In this document: positions 11,968 to 26,043 of the stretch, in pieces
Position numbering within the stretch: the first letter of the stretch is position 1
Layout: the number at the start of each line of letters is the position of its first letter
Assembly: GCA_951406725.2 (NCBI GenBank)
Contig: OX597824.1
Span: 46,252,001 to 46,316,000, forward strand
DNA length: 64,000 nucleotides
From: Octopus vulgaris
Lineage: Eukaryota
Reading direction: 5' to 3'
The notes under the pieces: model-generated
What the model was told of the DNA's origin: nothing
The model's database searches: none
What the model saw: only the letters and a program-made list of their open reading frames with translations
Made by a program: the position numbers and the translations under genes

Positions 11968-14689
11968 TAATGTGTGTGTGTGCATGTATGTGTGTGTGCG
12001 CGCGTGTGTTTGTGTGTGTGTGTGTGTGTGGTGTCTGTGTTTGTCCTCCACCACCACTTAACAACCAGTGTTGGTGTGTAACTTAACAGTTCAGCAAAAG
12101 AGATAGATAGAATAAGTACCAGGTTTAAAAAAAGATGAGTGCTGAGGTTGATTCATTTGACTAAAATTTTTGAAGGTAGTGCCCCAACATGGCCACAGTC
12201 TAATGAATGAAACAGATAAAAAATAAAAGAGACAGATAAAATGCATGACCAAATTAAATCTCTCTCAGTCATGAACTGAATAAAGAATGATTAACATCTT
12301 TGCCATGTCAATTTGCACGTGTTTCAAAAACATGATTCAGAAAGAAATATAAGATGTATATATCAACTGATGTAGGTTAAATTTAACATATAACAGTACA
12401 ATGGTAACATATAACAGTGTTTGTAAGAGTGGGTGACCTAAAACTATATGCAGAGCATTTACATTCTAACTTTTTAAACCACTGGTTAGTATTTTTATAT
12501 GTGTACATATGTGTGCGTGTGTATGTGTGTGTGTGTAACAACATTTATCTGACAATAAAAAATGGGGATTCGGTTTTGAACTTTAGCTGCTGTGGCTGGT
12601 CCCTTAATACATATGTGTGTATGTGTGTATATATGTGTGTGTGTATCATATGCATGTGTAATGGTTATTTCTTCGTTGCAGTCGAGGGCCACCAATTGTT
12701 AACAGTTGTTGTTAAGGCGTTGGTTGATCAAAGTTGTAAAGAAATATTTATTTACTGTTACTTTAATATATGCCATACCACGGCAGGTAGGCTAGTGTAA
12801 TAGTATAACACAGTTCATAAAGCATGCAAAGTAAAGATAGTTAATTTCGGCCTGTATATGTGTGTACACGATCTCATAGTAGTATATATAGAGAGATATG
12901 GTAATGTTACAGAGAAAAGAAAGTTTGTTAGTGAAAGTGAGAGTGGTGGGATGAAACAACTGCTTCGTTGGTGAGTTACCATAGTTGTCCAATTGTGCCT
13001 TTTCCTTCAGAGCTGGTGTTTTGTTCAGCTGGTCAGCCAGACTTGCTTCTCACAAACTGACTGTTTTTATAACAATCCAAAACCAGCCAAAAGGAAAGGC
13101 ATATTGTTGAGAACAACAGATTTCGGTGGTAGTCTGTCAACTCTATACTAGCTTTTGATGGCCTAGAAGAGGCTAGGAGGGTCAAGTGGTGAAAACATTA
13201 TTCTGCTTAGCAAAGGCATCTGGTAAATGTAACTGCTGTCACTCACAAAACAACTGTTATTTTACCATGAGAAAAGTGCTGTTGAACTATAAAGTGAAAT
13301 TTGGCTATTGAGGATCAAATCCATGCTATGCCTGCATGAAGCCACTACATATGTATGTTTCTATCTCCTTGTTTTGACATTGAGTGGTTGTTATAAACGA
13401 ACCTCACACTCATGCAAGCAGTGCTCTTTGTGCTTCCAATCTTCCATGAAAACTTGTCCAGCCATGGGAAAATGTTACCTTGCTTGGAAACAGGTGAGGG
13501 TTGGAGATAGAAAGGCATCATCAAGCCATTGAAAAATCTATCTCAACGAATTCTTACCAACCTATGCAATCATGGAAAAGTGGATGCTAAAGTGATGATG
13601 AAACAGAAATAAACATTATGGAGATGGGCGTAGTGGGTGGGGAGTTGGTGTTGCTTAATCTGAAACTCTGTTAATTCACTCCTCTCTCAAGATACTTGTT
13701 TGACAGATGAAGTAGTTAGATAGATTAAAAGCATTGAACCTGAATTGTAATAGTTTCAAAGATAAAATACATTAACAGCCATATATCACAAATTGTTAAC
13801 TTGTCAGCCTGTTGGGTCATATATTCTCAATTCAGCTAGCTGTGAACAATAGGAAAATAAGAGACAGATTCTACCAACATAACTAATTCTTCTCAGTCAG
13901 CATATTTGTTGTTCTTGATGTTATTGCTATCAAAGTTTAAATATTGTGACTGATTTACAAACTTTACAACATTGACATTGTTTAATATTTGCTTTTGATA
14001 AACATACTTTGCTGGACTCGTCTTTCAGCAGATGATTTATTTGTCAATTCATTTCATTGGATTGTCAGAAGTTGAGAAAATACCCCTTTTTTAAAAATAA
14101 TTTTCATTGGATTAGTGAAAGAGAGGTGAAAACTTTAAGCTCACATTCCATCATTGGTTCTGTAAAATTGTATTATAGCAAAGCAAGAAAGAACAGAAAA
14201 AGTATTTCAATGATGAAATCCTGAACTAATTGAAAAGAGAAGGATGAAAGGCACAAAGTGGACTTCGGCTGGATTTGAACTCAAAAAGTAAAGATCCAAA
14301 AATGAAATATTGCAAGATATTTTGTCTAATGCTCAAAAGATTCTACCAACCCACACCACCACCACTACTACTAATAATAATAGTAATAATAATAGTAACA
14401 ACAACAACAACAACAACACTGGGCAACAAAACTTTTTTTTGTCTGGTGCCTGCAGTATTTCAATGAATTCTAAAGTGATTTTGCCTGCTAAATTCAAAAA
14501 TAACTTCAGTTTTTCTCTATCAGGTCTAGTTAGAAAACTAGACCTGATAGAATAAGTATTTTATTCATACAAGAGGCATATAATATGAATCAATAAAGAG
14601 AGCATAACACAAAACAAAACAAACTACAAATAAAAATTCAAAATTGAAAATGCACATTGGCAAAGATTTTTGGCAGAAAATTCAAGGAA

Positions 14690-16060
14690 TAAATTTACGC
14701 TTTTTGTGCATCATAAACCACAGGACTATCTCGTTTTAAACACCAGCAACAGTCTCCCATCATCACAGTGTCCCAACGTCCTTGGTACTGAGTTTTCATC
14801 TCCTTGATGTCCTGATAGAATCGTTTGCCTTGTTCATTGCTAACATCTCTAAGATTTTTAGGAAAACAATAAAGATGACTAAAATGATAATGCCTTTTGA
14901 TGCTCGTATTGGCATCAATATCATGAAAAATTGATATCAAGTTGGTGACAAGGTCTTTATAGTTTTCACTTTTGTGTTTCCCAAAGAAATTTTGCACTAC
15001 TTCTGCAAGCTGATGCTTCATTTTCACTCATTGTTTTCACAAAATTTGTGTCCTTCAAAAGCTTGCTGATCTGTGGTCCATCAAAAATCCCTGCTCTAAG
15101 TTTTTCAGTCGTCAAGTCTGGAAATACACTGCAGATATACTTGAAGCACCCCCATTTTTGTCAAGAGCTTTTACAAATTGTTTGATCAATCCAAGTTTGA
15201 TGTGCAAAGGGAAGAAAATGATCTTATTTTTCTCAATTAAAGGTTTCTCCAATATATTAGCAGCTCTACATGGAACCATATTTGTTGGAGACAGCCAGTC
15301 TTTCTTAACATAGTGGTTTACTCGGTCTCTACTGTCCCACATGCAAAGAAATCATGGATATTGGGTATAACTAGACTGCTGTCCTATGAGAAAATTCACC
15401 ATCTTTAAGAAAACTCAGATGACCCATTTATATTCATGATACAGTATCTTCTCTAAAACCAACTTGATTCCTTCATATTTTTCCTTCAGAGTTGCTGAGT
15501 GGCCGAGTGGGACAGAGCCATACACATTTCCATTGTGCAACAATACCCATTTTAAACTATGCTTAGAGCTGTCTATGAAAAGATGCCATTCCTCTGGTTT
15601 GTATTCCTCAATGCCAAGTTTATTAAGAAGCCCACTGACATCTCTGCAGTAAACCAGCTCTTCCTCTTTAGTGAAGAAAGAAAAGAACTCTTCATGCTGA
15701 CACTGATAAAAGGTTATACAGACACCATTCTCTAGAAAATTCTTCTCTTTCAGTCAGGAGCCAACAGTTCTGCAGAATTTTGGGGGAGGTTCAAGTCATG
15801 AACTAGACCATTCAACTCTACCTGGGGGAATAGCTGAAGTAAAGTCTCAACTGGAAAGTCTTGATCTTCAGGTGATGAATCTTCTTTGATTGAGGGTAAA
15901 ATTATCTGAGGCAAGACATTGAAGACAGGAACAGGAAGCTCTTCACTGTGTGGAACTGGTCAAATAGCAGAAGCAAGATTAGGATAGACAAGCGTTTGTC
16001 AATTTTTCCGGTTAATACCCTTCAAATTTAGATTACAAAAATAGTAATCGTCCAAATGAA
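14690..16060 (-). mobile_element. Chapaev3 (CMC superfamily) transposase relic
   Basis: Minus-strand motifs HLDDYYFC...YPNLASAI*PVPHSEELPVP, PLHIKLGLIKQFVKALDKNG, EQGKRFYQDIKEMKTQYQGRWDTVMMGDCCWCLKRD; many stops. Confidence 0.85.
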
Positions 16061-16589
16061 TATAGGATTCAATAACTTAAACACTAGATCTGATAGGCCA
16101 AAAAGAAGGTTATATTTGGATTCAGGAGACCGATTTTGTATAGGAACGATGTCTATTTCCTAAACAGCAAAAACTTTGTAGACCAGGGATAATAATAATG
16201 ATGATGGCAACAATGACAACAACAATTCAAAATTTTAGCACCAGGCCTGCAATTTCGGGGGAGGGGGTAAGTTTATTGCATCAACCCCAGTGATCAACTG
16301 GTATTTATATATATATACATATATACATAGATACATATATACATATATACACACATATATATATGTATATATATATATTTATATATATATATATACATAC
16401 ACATAAATATATATATATCATCATCAACATCATCGTTTATCGTCCGTTTTCCAACAATTGAAATAAATGGATAAAAAACATAAAAACGAACACAATGAAC
16501 ATGAGGATGTGGAGTGAAAGGAGAGAGTTTAATGTTCAGGCCTGTTTCTGAATATTGTTAAAGTTATCAATCTCTATACAATATATATA

Positions 16590-17889
16590 TGTACCCAGTG
16601 TAAGCTATGGATACATAAGAGGTGCAGCAATATTAAAGAAAGGCTAACTGGGAAGATAGTTTTTGTATGTGGCAGATGCTCAGGAGCAATAAACACTGAA
16701 AATGTGCAGAGAACAACTTCCGCCACATTCCAGGGAGAAAAACTAGAAGTAGTTGATAGCTTCTGTTACCTAGGTGATCAAGTCAGTTGTGGGGGAGGGT
16801 GCGCTGAAAGTGTAGCTGCATGAATAAGAATAGCCTGGGCAAAGTTCAGAGTGCTTTTACTTCTGCTGGTGACAAAGGGCCTGTCGCTCAGAGTAAATGG
16901 TGGACTGTTTGACGCATGTGTACGAACAGGATGGCAGTGAAACATGGGCCGTGACTGCTGAGGACATGCATAAGCTTGCAAGGAATGAAGCCAGTATGCT
17001 CCGATGGATGTGTAATGTCAGTATGCATACTCAACAGAGTGTGAGAGAAATGTTGAACCTAAGAAGCATCAGATGTGGTGTGCAAGAGAGACGACTGAGC
17101 TGGTATGGTCATGTGGCAAGAAAGGATGAGAATAGCTGTATGAAAAAGTACCACATCCTAGCGGCTGAGGGAATCTGTGGAAGAGGTAGACCCAGGAAGA
17201 CATGGTATGAAGTGGTGAAGTACGACCTTCGAACATTAGGCCTCACCAAAGCAATGACTAGTGACCGAGACCTTTGGAAATATGCTGTGCTTGAGAAGAC
17301 CCGGCAAGCCAAGTGAGACCATAACCTCATGGCCTATGCCAGGAGTGTAACCAGCCCACTTATGCATACCTTTCCTTCATTGGACACTAAACTCTGCTTG
17401 TGAAGACTTGTTGAGGCAAGTGAAATCAAAATCAAATTCGATGACTGGCATCCGTGTTAGTGGGGTGCTAAGAGCACCATCCAAGCATGATCGTTGCCAG
17501 AGCAGCTGACTGGCTTCTGTGCCAGTGGCACATAAAAAGCGTCATTTGAGCATGATCGTTACCAGCATCGCCTTACTGGCACTTGTGCTGGTGGCACATG
17601 AAAACACATTCAAGCGTGGTTGTTGCCAGTGCCGCTGGACTGGCTCCTGTGCAGGTGGCACATAAAAAACACCATTTGAGTGTGGCTGTTGCCAGTACCG
17701 CCTGGCTGGCCATGTGAAAAAACACTACACTCTCGAAGTGGTTGGCGTTAGGAAGGGCATCCAGCTGTAGAAACTCTGCCAGATCAGATTGGAGTCTGGT
17801 GCAGCCATCTGGATCGCCAGTCCTCAGTCAAATCGTCCAACCCATGCTAGCATGGAAAGCGGATGTTAAACGATGATGATGATGATGAT
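16590..17889 (+). mobile_element. Second 5'-truncated copy of the PHD-containing RTE LINE
   Basis: Aligns with 2256-3000 (tgtacccagtgtaagctatgg...), has its own hairpin-module array (17445-17720) and (GAT)n tail. Confidence 0.92.
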
Positions 17890-17900
17890 ATATGTATAAG

Positions 17901-18824
17901 GACATGCGTATGGATGAGGACAGTTGTGTAAAGAAGTGCCAATCCCTAACTGTGGAGGGAACCTGTGGAAGAGGTAGACCCAGGAAGATATGGGATGAGG
18001 CAGTATAGCATGATCTTTGTATGTTGGACCTCACAGAGGCAACAACATATGACCGAGACCATGCTTGAGAAGACCTGTCAAGCCAAGTGAGATCATAGTT
18101 GTGGCTGATGCCAGTGTCGTTTAACTGGCTCTTTAAAAGCAACCTCAATCGTTGGGTGATATGCTGTGCTTGTGAAGACCTATCAAACCAAGGGAAATCA
18201 TAGTTGTGGATGATGTCAGTGCTGTCTGACTGACACCCATGCCAGTGACATGTAAAATGCACCATTCATGCATTGAGCCTCCTGTAAAAAGCACCATTCA
18301 TGCATTGGGCCTTGTGGAGGCAGTGGCATCACGCTGAGTGAGATTGTAGTCATGGCCAATGCCAGTGTTGAGTAACTGGCCCATTAAAAGCACCCTCCAA
18401 TCATTGGGTAATATGCTGTGCTTGTGAAGACTTGTTGAACTGAGTGAAATCATAGTTGTGATTGATGTCAGTGTCAATGCCTGTGCTGGTGGCATGTAAA
18501 AAGCACCATTCAAGCATTGGGCCTTATAGAGACAGTAACAGGTGAGCAAGACCCTTGGCTATATACTGTGCTTGTGTTGACCTGTCAAGCCAAGTGAGAC
18601 CATGGTCATGGCTGATACTGGTGTCAGGTCAATGGCACCCATGTTGGTGGCACGTAAAGAGTACCCACTACACTCTCAGAGTGGTTGGCATTAAGTAGGG
18701 CATCCAGCTGTAGAAACTTTGCCAGATCAGATTGGAACCTGTTGCAGCCCGCCAACTTACCAGTTTTCAGTCAAACCATCCAACCCATGCCAGCATAGAA
18801 AGCAGACATTAAATGATGATGATA

Positions 18825-18859
<35 letters not shown>
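17901..18859 (+). mobile_element. Third RTE 3' fragment with a multiply duplicated 3' UTR, directly behind copy 2
   Basis: gagggaacctgtggaagaggtagacccaggaa, several repeats of tatgctgtgcttgtgaagacc...caagtgag plus hairpin modules, then the RTE terminus and (GAT)n. Confidence 0.85.
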
Positions 18860-19423
18860 ATGTGTGCATGGATGTGTGCGTGTGCTTATGCCTTCTTGCC
18901 TTGATGTTGCAAAATAGTTTTAAATGAGTGTCACTGTCAAAGAAGTAATGTCACATGGTTCCAATCTTCCATGGAAATAGGTGAGAGTTGTCAACAAGAA
19001 GAGCATCTAGCCACAGAAAATCTGCCTCAGTAAGATGTGATCCATATAAACATGAAAAAAGATGCTAAACTTGTGATGATGATGATGATGATGATATGTT
19101 TTGGAGTTAACATTTGAACTATATGATAATTCACTTTTGAACATACATATCCTCATATTATGAGGTGGCAGTTGAATTTTGTGTTCTGTTTCAAATTTGG
19201 TCTTCGATGGTAACAAGGCATGTTTGAAGTCTAGTTCAAAGCAAATAATGTCAAGCAATTATAGTGCTGATGACAATAATGATGGTGGTGATGGTGGTAA
19301 TGATGATGATGATAATGAGAATGATGCTGATGAAATTCCTCACTCCATAGTTACTGTAAAAATGAGTTGCAAAAATCAACAAATTGTAATTTAATGTTAT
19401 GTGTTTTTCTTTTATTATTTTAG

Positions 19424-19462
19424 GTCAAATTAATCCAGTCTCTCATTCCTAAAGGTCAGAAG
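19424..19462 (+). CDS. Candidate 39-nt microexon (VKLIQSLIPKGQK in phase 0) of an unidentified gene
   Basis: Strong acceptor gtttttcttttattattttag| and donor aag|gtaaat, length a multiple of 3, one stop-free frame, apparently non-repetitive context. No partner exons identified. Confidence 0.35.
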
Positions 19463-19709
19463 GTAAATAAGTAGCATAAAACATGAACATCTATCAAATT
19501 TTGTCTGTCTATCTGTCTGTTTCTGTCTGTCTGTCTGTCCCTGTCAGTCTGTCTGTCTGTCTCTGTCTCTCTCTCTCTCTCTCTCTCTCCATTGTGGTTT
19601 AACTCCAGATCAGCCATGGTTGAACATAATTATTATCAAAATCATTGAAACTCTGACCTTACCATTTTTGAGTAAGATGTAATTTATCTAGGACCAGGTT
19701 ATCTTGGAT

Positions 19710-19860
<151 letters not shown>

Positions 19861-20939
19861 CCATCCAAATCAGTTTCTTATTTGGAGTTATAGCTTTCTT
19901 AAATGGGCCAAATACAATATCTCAGTCGTAAAGTTTATTTATAGGGAGGTTTTTACAGTTTGGAGACCTTCCTAACATCAACCATTTTACTGAATGTAGT
20001 GGGTACATTATATCATGGCACCAGCATGATATATATATATATTGCAAAGCCTTTTACTAAAAAAGCGCTTTTTGCCACGAAATGTGCTGTTGTAAGCAAT
20101 GTGTTAAAATATAACATGTTATAATCATACCTACCCTGATGGTTTGTATCAGAGGGAACTTTGTTGTTGACAAAGAATAAGTTGTGGTGCTAAACTGTGG
20201 ATCATGAAAGTGCTACCAACAAAATAAAATTATTGCATTAATGCATAAATAATTAGTTAATTATTTGATGAAAGATTATGGGAGGGAAATCTGAAGAATA
20301 GCAACTACAAAATAAAAAATATATACAGTATACCTCACTTTATAAGGACTTACTTTATTTTACAATAAATATAAAAAGTTTAAACAGCCATTTTGTGTGT
20401 GTGGCAATGTTGCAACATGCAGAAACACTGGTTGTGATGTATCTACACAGCTGTATATAGTGACAGAATAAAAGTTTCTTCTAAGCAAACAACTCTAGAT
20501 GTGTTTTTTAATGAGAAATCTACAAGTCTGTCTATGAGTGCTTGTAAATCAGTGATCACGTCAACAAATGATGATGTGCACAAGCATAGTGCGAGTGAAA
20601 AGATTAAAATAGTAATATTTTTTTTATTATAAATGACCCTGACATTCTTTTTACTTTACATAAAATATTTTTTACATTCTACTGTTGCTTTATTGCCATT
20701 TATTTACAAGTATGATAAATTTTATTTGTAAAATACTTTTCTTGGAATGAATTACAGTTTACAACATTGCTACTATGGGAAATTATTGCTCTGCTTTATG
20801 AATTTTCTCTTTACGAGCAGTCTCCAGGAACAAATCAACTTGTATATCGAGGCATAATTTCACATTTTATTGTCCTGTACCATCCTTGTTTTCACTGACT
20901 CTTGCTGGTTAATAAAGGAAACATAATTAATATTATTAA

Positions 20940-21145
20940 AGTGGTGAGCTGGCAGAATTATTGGCAAACTGGTCAAAATGCTTAGCAGCATTTCTAAAGG
21001 CTTTACATTCTGAGTTCAAATTCTGCCAAAGTCAAATTTGCCTTTCTTCCCTTTTAGGGTTAATAACATAAGTACTATACAATACTGGGGTTGAAGTCAA
21101 TGCAATTGATTTTCTCACTCCTCTCAAAATTTCAGACCTATGCCC

Positions 21146-21186
<41 letters not shown>

Positions 21187-21410
21187 ATTAGGGTGGCAAG
21201 CTGGTAGAATCGTAAGCATGCTGGACAAAATGCTTAGCAGCATTTTGGGAGTCCCTGCATTTTGAGTTCAAATTCCATTGAGGTCAACTTAGCCTATCAT
21301 CCTTTCAGGATCAAGGAAATAAGTACCAGTTATGCACTAGGGTCGATATAATTGACAAGCCCCACCCCCACTACTTCTTATGCCTTTAGTAGAAAGGATC
21401 ATTATTATTA
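20940..21410 (+). mobile_element. Two tandem tRNA-derived SINEs (MetaSINE-like) separated by (TTA)n
   Basis: ggcagaat...gagttcaaattc (B box)...gcctttcatcctttc..ggtcgataaa..aagtaccag core; family also at ~5005, 5468, 29336, 46840, 47041, 50824, 60396. Confidence 0.75.
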
Positions 21411-21755
21411 TTACTGGTTGTCAACTTGAATAGATGTGTTTCTTCTCATTCTTGTTGTTTCTACCTGGATTACAAATGTTTCCATAACTTTTTTACATGA
21501 TTTAGATTTAGATTTGTTATTTGTTTCATGTTATGTAAAATGATTTTGTGAGGCAAGTTTTAATTCATTTCATTGATATTAACTCTAGAAAACTTTTTTT
21601 TATTTTTTGACATTTTGTTTGACTTCATTCACAAAAGCATGGAAGAAAAAATGTAAATAGTAATTTTGCCATTGCAAAGCAGAATGATAACAAACCTGAC
21701 CCACCTAAATTTTTCCTGTTTTAAATATGGAAAAATTTTCAGAAAAACAAGATAT

Positions 21756-21792
<37 letters not shown>

Positions 21793-22069
21793 CTTGACAG
21801 GATACATATACTTAAACACACACACACACATGTATATATGCATATGCACTCACATGTATAAATATATATACACTTATAGAGATCCCAACTTCTATCACTA
21901 CCATCACTTCAGCACATTTCACCATGGCTAGTCAAGTATTTTGCTGCACAGCATATCACTAATCAGTATGGCTCTTTGTCATCTCCTCTGTGAGATGCAT
22001 TATCTTCAGGTCATCTTTTATCACTTCAATTTCCCTCTTCTCCAGGTTCCATCATTTGTTAATAAATTA

Positions 22070-22535
22070 CACTGTGTGACATCATTTTTGTTCTTGGAAA
22101 GCTACTGTTATTTCCTATTTGAAAGTACTTAGAAAGTATGAAAAATGGCTAATATTTCCTTCATACTTTGCTTTCGTTACATTTATTTAAACCCTGAAGA
22201 ATCTCTCTCAACACATGGCTATGATGCTCCCTCACTACTCCTGTTCATAATCAGAGAAGTACACATTGTCAGCCACTATGCTCAGGTCAAGCAACTGACA
22301 AGCAAATCTGTATTATAAAGCAGAATAGTTGCTATGATGATATTTCTGCTTCGGTAACTTCACACTGAATCTGTCTGACATCTAAACATTGATGTCCAGG
22401 TGACAAAAGCAAAGTTTGAAGGGAATAGTAGTCATTTCCTTTGATTTCTAGATTGAAACAAATAGGAAACGACACACTTACTGACTAAAGACAAAACAAA
22501 ACAAAAAAAAAAATTAAATATTTTGTTACACAGTG
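22070..22535. mobile_element. Chapaev3-type non-autonomous element (CAC...GTG ends, TTA target duplication)
   Basis: tta|cactgtgtgaca...tgttacacagtg|tta; homologous copies at 42713-43196 and ~45230-45537. Confidence 0.8.
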
Positions 22536-25452
22536 TTATGTTATCACACTTTTGGAAACTTTCATAACTTGATCCATCAATTTAATGCTTTTGCAGTTGC
22601 CCCTTTCCCGAGCATCTTCTTTGACCTTGTAGTTGTTGATGACACAGCTATGCCAGTCATTAGATATGACATCTCCCTGCACAACTTGCTCAACTAGATC
22701 ATATGCTAATTACTTGCAAGTAACTAGCATGTGACCTATGTTACCTGATTATTTCAGCATTTCTGTTACTATTCCTAATGGTTTAGTTGTCGCCCTTGCT
22801 TCCATCTCCTTCATCAAACTTTTTGGCTGCCCAGCTGTCAACTTCAGTTGATCAGTCCCTCTGCTATATATATATACATAGGCTTGACAGGACACATATA
22901 CTTAAAAACACATACACACACATTTATAAATATATACACATATAGAGATCAATCTCTCCTATGCATTCTCTTCTTTCAACAACCTCTAGTTGTAGCACTT
23001 GAATGCATCTTTCTTTTCAGTGTCAGTGCAGGCAGATAAGCTGGTATCATTTTGTACACTCTCCCCACAAACATCTCAATTCTTTCTGATCCACTACTTT
23101 GCAATCTCGAACACCCCCATGCCTCCGATCGACACGGCACAGAACATGTGCAAACTTCTTGCTTCCGGCTTTTCCTCTTTCTCTGTATACCTGATATCTA
23201 ACTTCTCTTCTTGATAATTGATATCGCTATTTGCTCCCTTATCTTTCTCTGAGTCTTTCCAAGCCTGTCTCTTAGCTTCTCTAGCTCTATCTATGGTATA
23301 ATATCATAATCTGGTCAACTTTGTGCTTGAACCTTACCCCAGTTGTAGATCTGGTCTGTTGATGCTGCAAGTTGCCTTGTAAGAACTCTCAGTTGTCCTC
23401 TCTGTTATAAATTTCTATTTCATCTTACCTTTCATCACATGCATTAGCCAGTACATTTCTGAACCTCTCTCCTTGTTGGTGATGAATTTGGCTGAGGCTC
23501 TCCTCCACCATCTTGCCTCATACAATCCTTAAACTATTGCTTAGACTTCTTGGTCAACTTAAGTCTTGTGAATACCTTAATAAAGCTTTACTTGGGTGTC
23601 GTTTTTTGCTTTCTTGACTTTGCTAAGGCTTCCAAGATAGGTCAAATTTCTCCCCTCACCCATTCTAGTTATTCATCGTTGTCAGGGATAGGTGTATAGC
23701 TATTGGAGTGTATGCACATAACCAGTGTGTTTTTAGGGATATTGCTGGTGGAGGACTGTCAACGTTATATAAAATAAAAATAAAGATGAACGTTTTATTT
23801 CTTTGTAATGTCATAAGTAGTGGTGGGCATGGTTCCGCTAATTCGCTAACAGTGAATTAGCAATGCTAACTTTTCGTTTTGTAAATTAGCATTTTTGCTA
23901 ACTTTGGGAACCATTAGTGGACCAATTAGCTTCTGCTAAATTTAGTTCCGCTAACTTTAAGTCTACTATCAAAATTCATATGTTTGTTCCTGTCTGTTGT
24001 GGGCATGTCTTGAAGAGTCTGTCAGGCATGCTATTGGCTGACTACGTGTACACATGACAAGATGCAATTGGTCAATGCAGCAGCAGCTAACTGAGCAGCA
24101 TTGTGTAATTCTGCAGTTTTGAGCTGTGTTCACATATGATGATGTTACATTACAGACAGTCTTACGATGTCAGCAACAGCAGTGTACATTATTGGCTTAT
24201 CAAGTTATCGCTTATTTTTATGGAAGGTGAAAATGTTTCTGTTCGGCCTGAGGATGAAGGGGCTATTGAGGAGTCTGCAATGACTGTGGGTGAGGCAGAA
24301 GTTGATCAGGTTGAGAGCCAGTAGTCTCAGAACCTGTGGCCCCACCTGGAGGGCTACTTTGTCCTTATGTTAAAGGATAAGAGGAATGCCAAAATCTTCT
24401 GGTGCATCATGTGCTAGCACAAGGAGACTACCATCAAGGGACAAGTGGCGAGCCTCTACAACTTAAAGTCGCATGTCAAGAGGAAATACCCAGTGCATGC
24501 CATCCAGTTTGAGGAGAGGACAAAGGCTAGCTCACCCCATCGGAAACACAGGTAATCTTCCGGTAGCAGTGCCAGAAGCCAGCTGTCACAGCCATGCGTA
24601 AAGAAAGTATGCCAGTCTAGCATTGGCAAGGCATTTGCCCAAACTGCTGGTACTGGCATCTGTCAGTCTATGGTGGATAGAAGGATTGTAGACCTGTTTG
24701 TCGACAATGTGCTACTGTTGCATGTAATGGAGTCTCCCACCTTTGTCAGCCTGATCAGGATGTTCAACTCCAGCAAGACGTCAATGACCTACCACACCCT
24801 GGGCAAGATGATCTTGGCCAGCCATAAACAGCTGGAGGAGTATCTTACAAGGTATTTATAAATTTAAACTTATACAAGTTTATTAAATTATTATTATGGT
24901 GTATTTCATATTTTCTTAATCTAATTTAATTATTTATTAAATAATTATTTTCTTAATTGGTGTAATAAAATGTTTAAAGCTAATTGAAATAAATATCATA
25001 ATATATAATATACGGTATATATATATATTCCACTCATGATTAAGTCTGCACGGTCAAAACAGCAATCTTTAAATGAAATAATGAATAAATAAAGTTCTGA
25101 ACTTATCAAATTCCAACCATCATTTCATCCCCCACCTCAGTTATTCACTCACCACCATCTCATCTATCAGAGTAGTGTCACTATTTTCAAAAGTTTAATA
25201 ACAAGGCTTTAAATCATAAGCAATATTTCCATGAATTTAGTACAGCCTAGTAACAAATGTTAAACTACAATCTGTATGATTTCTATAAACAGAATATGGT
25301 TATAAGCTACTGCAATCAAATGTTTTGCCTCCTTCCTACCAGTGAAAAATTGTACAAACCACGTACTCACAAAAACCCTTTCAGCTTGCATAGAGATACA
25401 GATGAGAGGCTAGTTTTTTTCCTTTTTTAGTAGGCCATGATAATACTCTGTG

Positions 25453-25490
<38 letters not shown>

Positions 25491-25572
25491 ATCTGATGAT
25501 ACACTATAAAGCCAAGCCCTTTATGGACGTGAAACCTATGGTAATCCCATAAACCGACCTTATCTAACTTTA

Positions 25573-25612
<40 letters not shown>

Positions 25613-25682
25613 TAGAGATAAAGCATATAACTAGATCACAAAAAGTACAAAAAATGAATAAACAATATATAATAAGTAAAAA

Positions 25683-25784
25683 GACTATGTACGGTTCGTG
25701 GCTATAACTTCAATTCGAATTAAAATCAAATTTAAATTTAATCGAAAAACAATTCAATTTAAAAGTATTGTCACTCCTCAGGTC
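25683..25784 (-). ncRNA. Degenerate type I (Penelope-like minimal) hammerhead ribozyme motif
   Basis: Minus strand GAC-CUGAGGA-GUGAC-(67 nt AU-rich)-GCCAC-GAAC-CGUACA-UA-GUC: stem I, catalytic box, stem II, one-mismatch GAAA box, near-palindromic stem III. Confidence 0.5.
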
Positions 25785-26043
25785 AACAATGATAACAATA
25801 ATAGTTAAATAAATAATCAAATAGAATTAAACAATATTTCTTAAAGAAATAAAATCATGATTCTTCTTATAGAAGAAACTCCGTTAACTAAATTTGAAAC
25901 CTAAAAAGTAGGACCAGGTGTCTATAATACATTTATCATGTTAAAAATTTAAGATAAAAAATAGAGTAAATAGATAGAAAATACTTTTCGATTTTAGTTC
26001 ACATATAATAATTATAATAATAAGAATAATTAAATAAATGTAC

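Noticed and set aside
22070-22535. RAG/Transib transposon because of CACAGTG termini
   Set aside because: 3-bp TTA duplication rather than 5 bp, no RAG-like ORF; fits Chapaev3.
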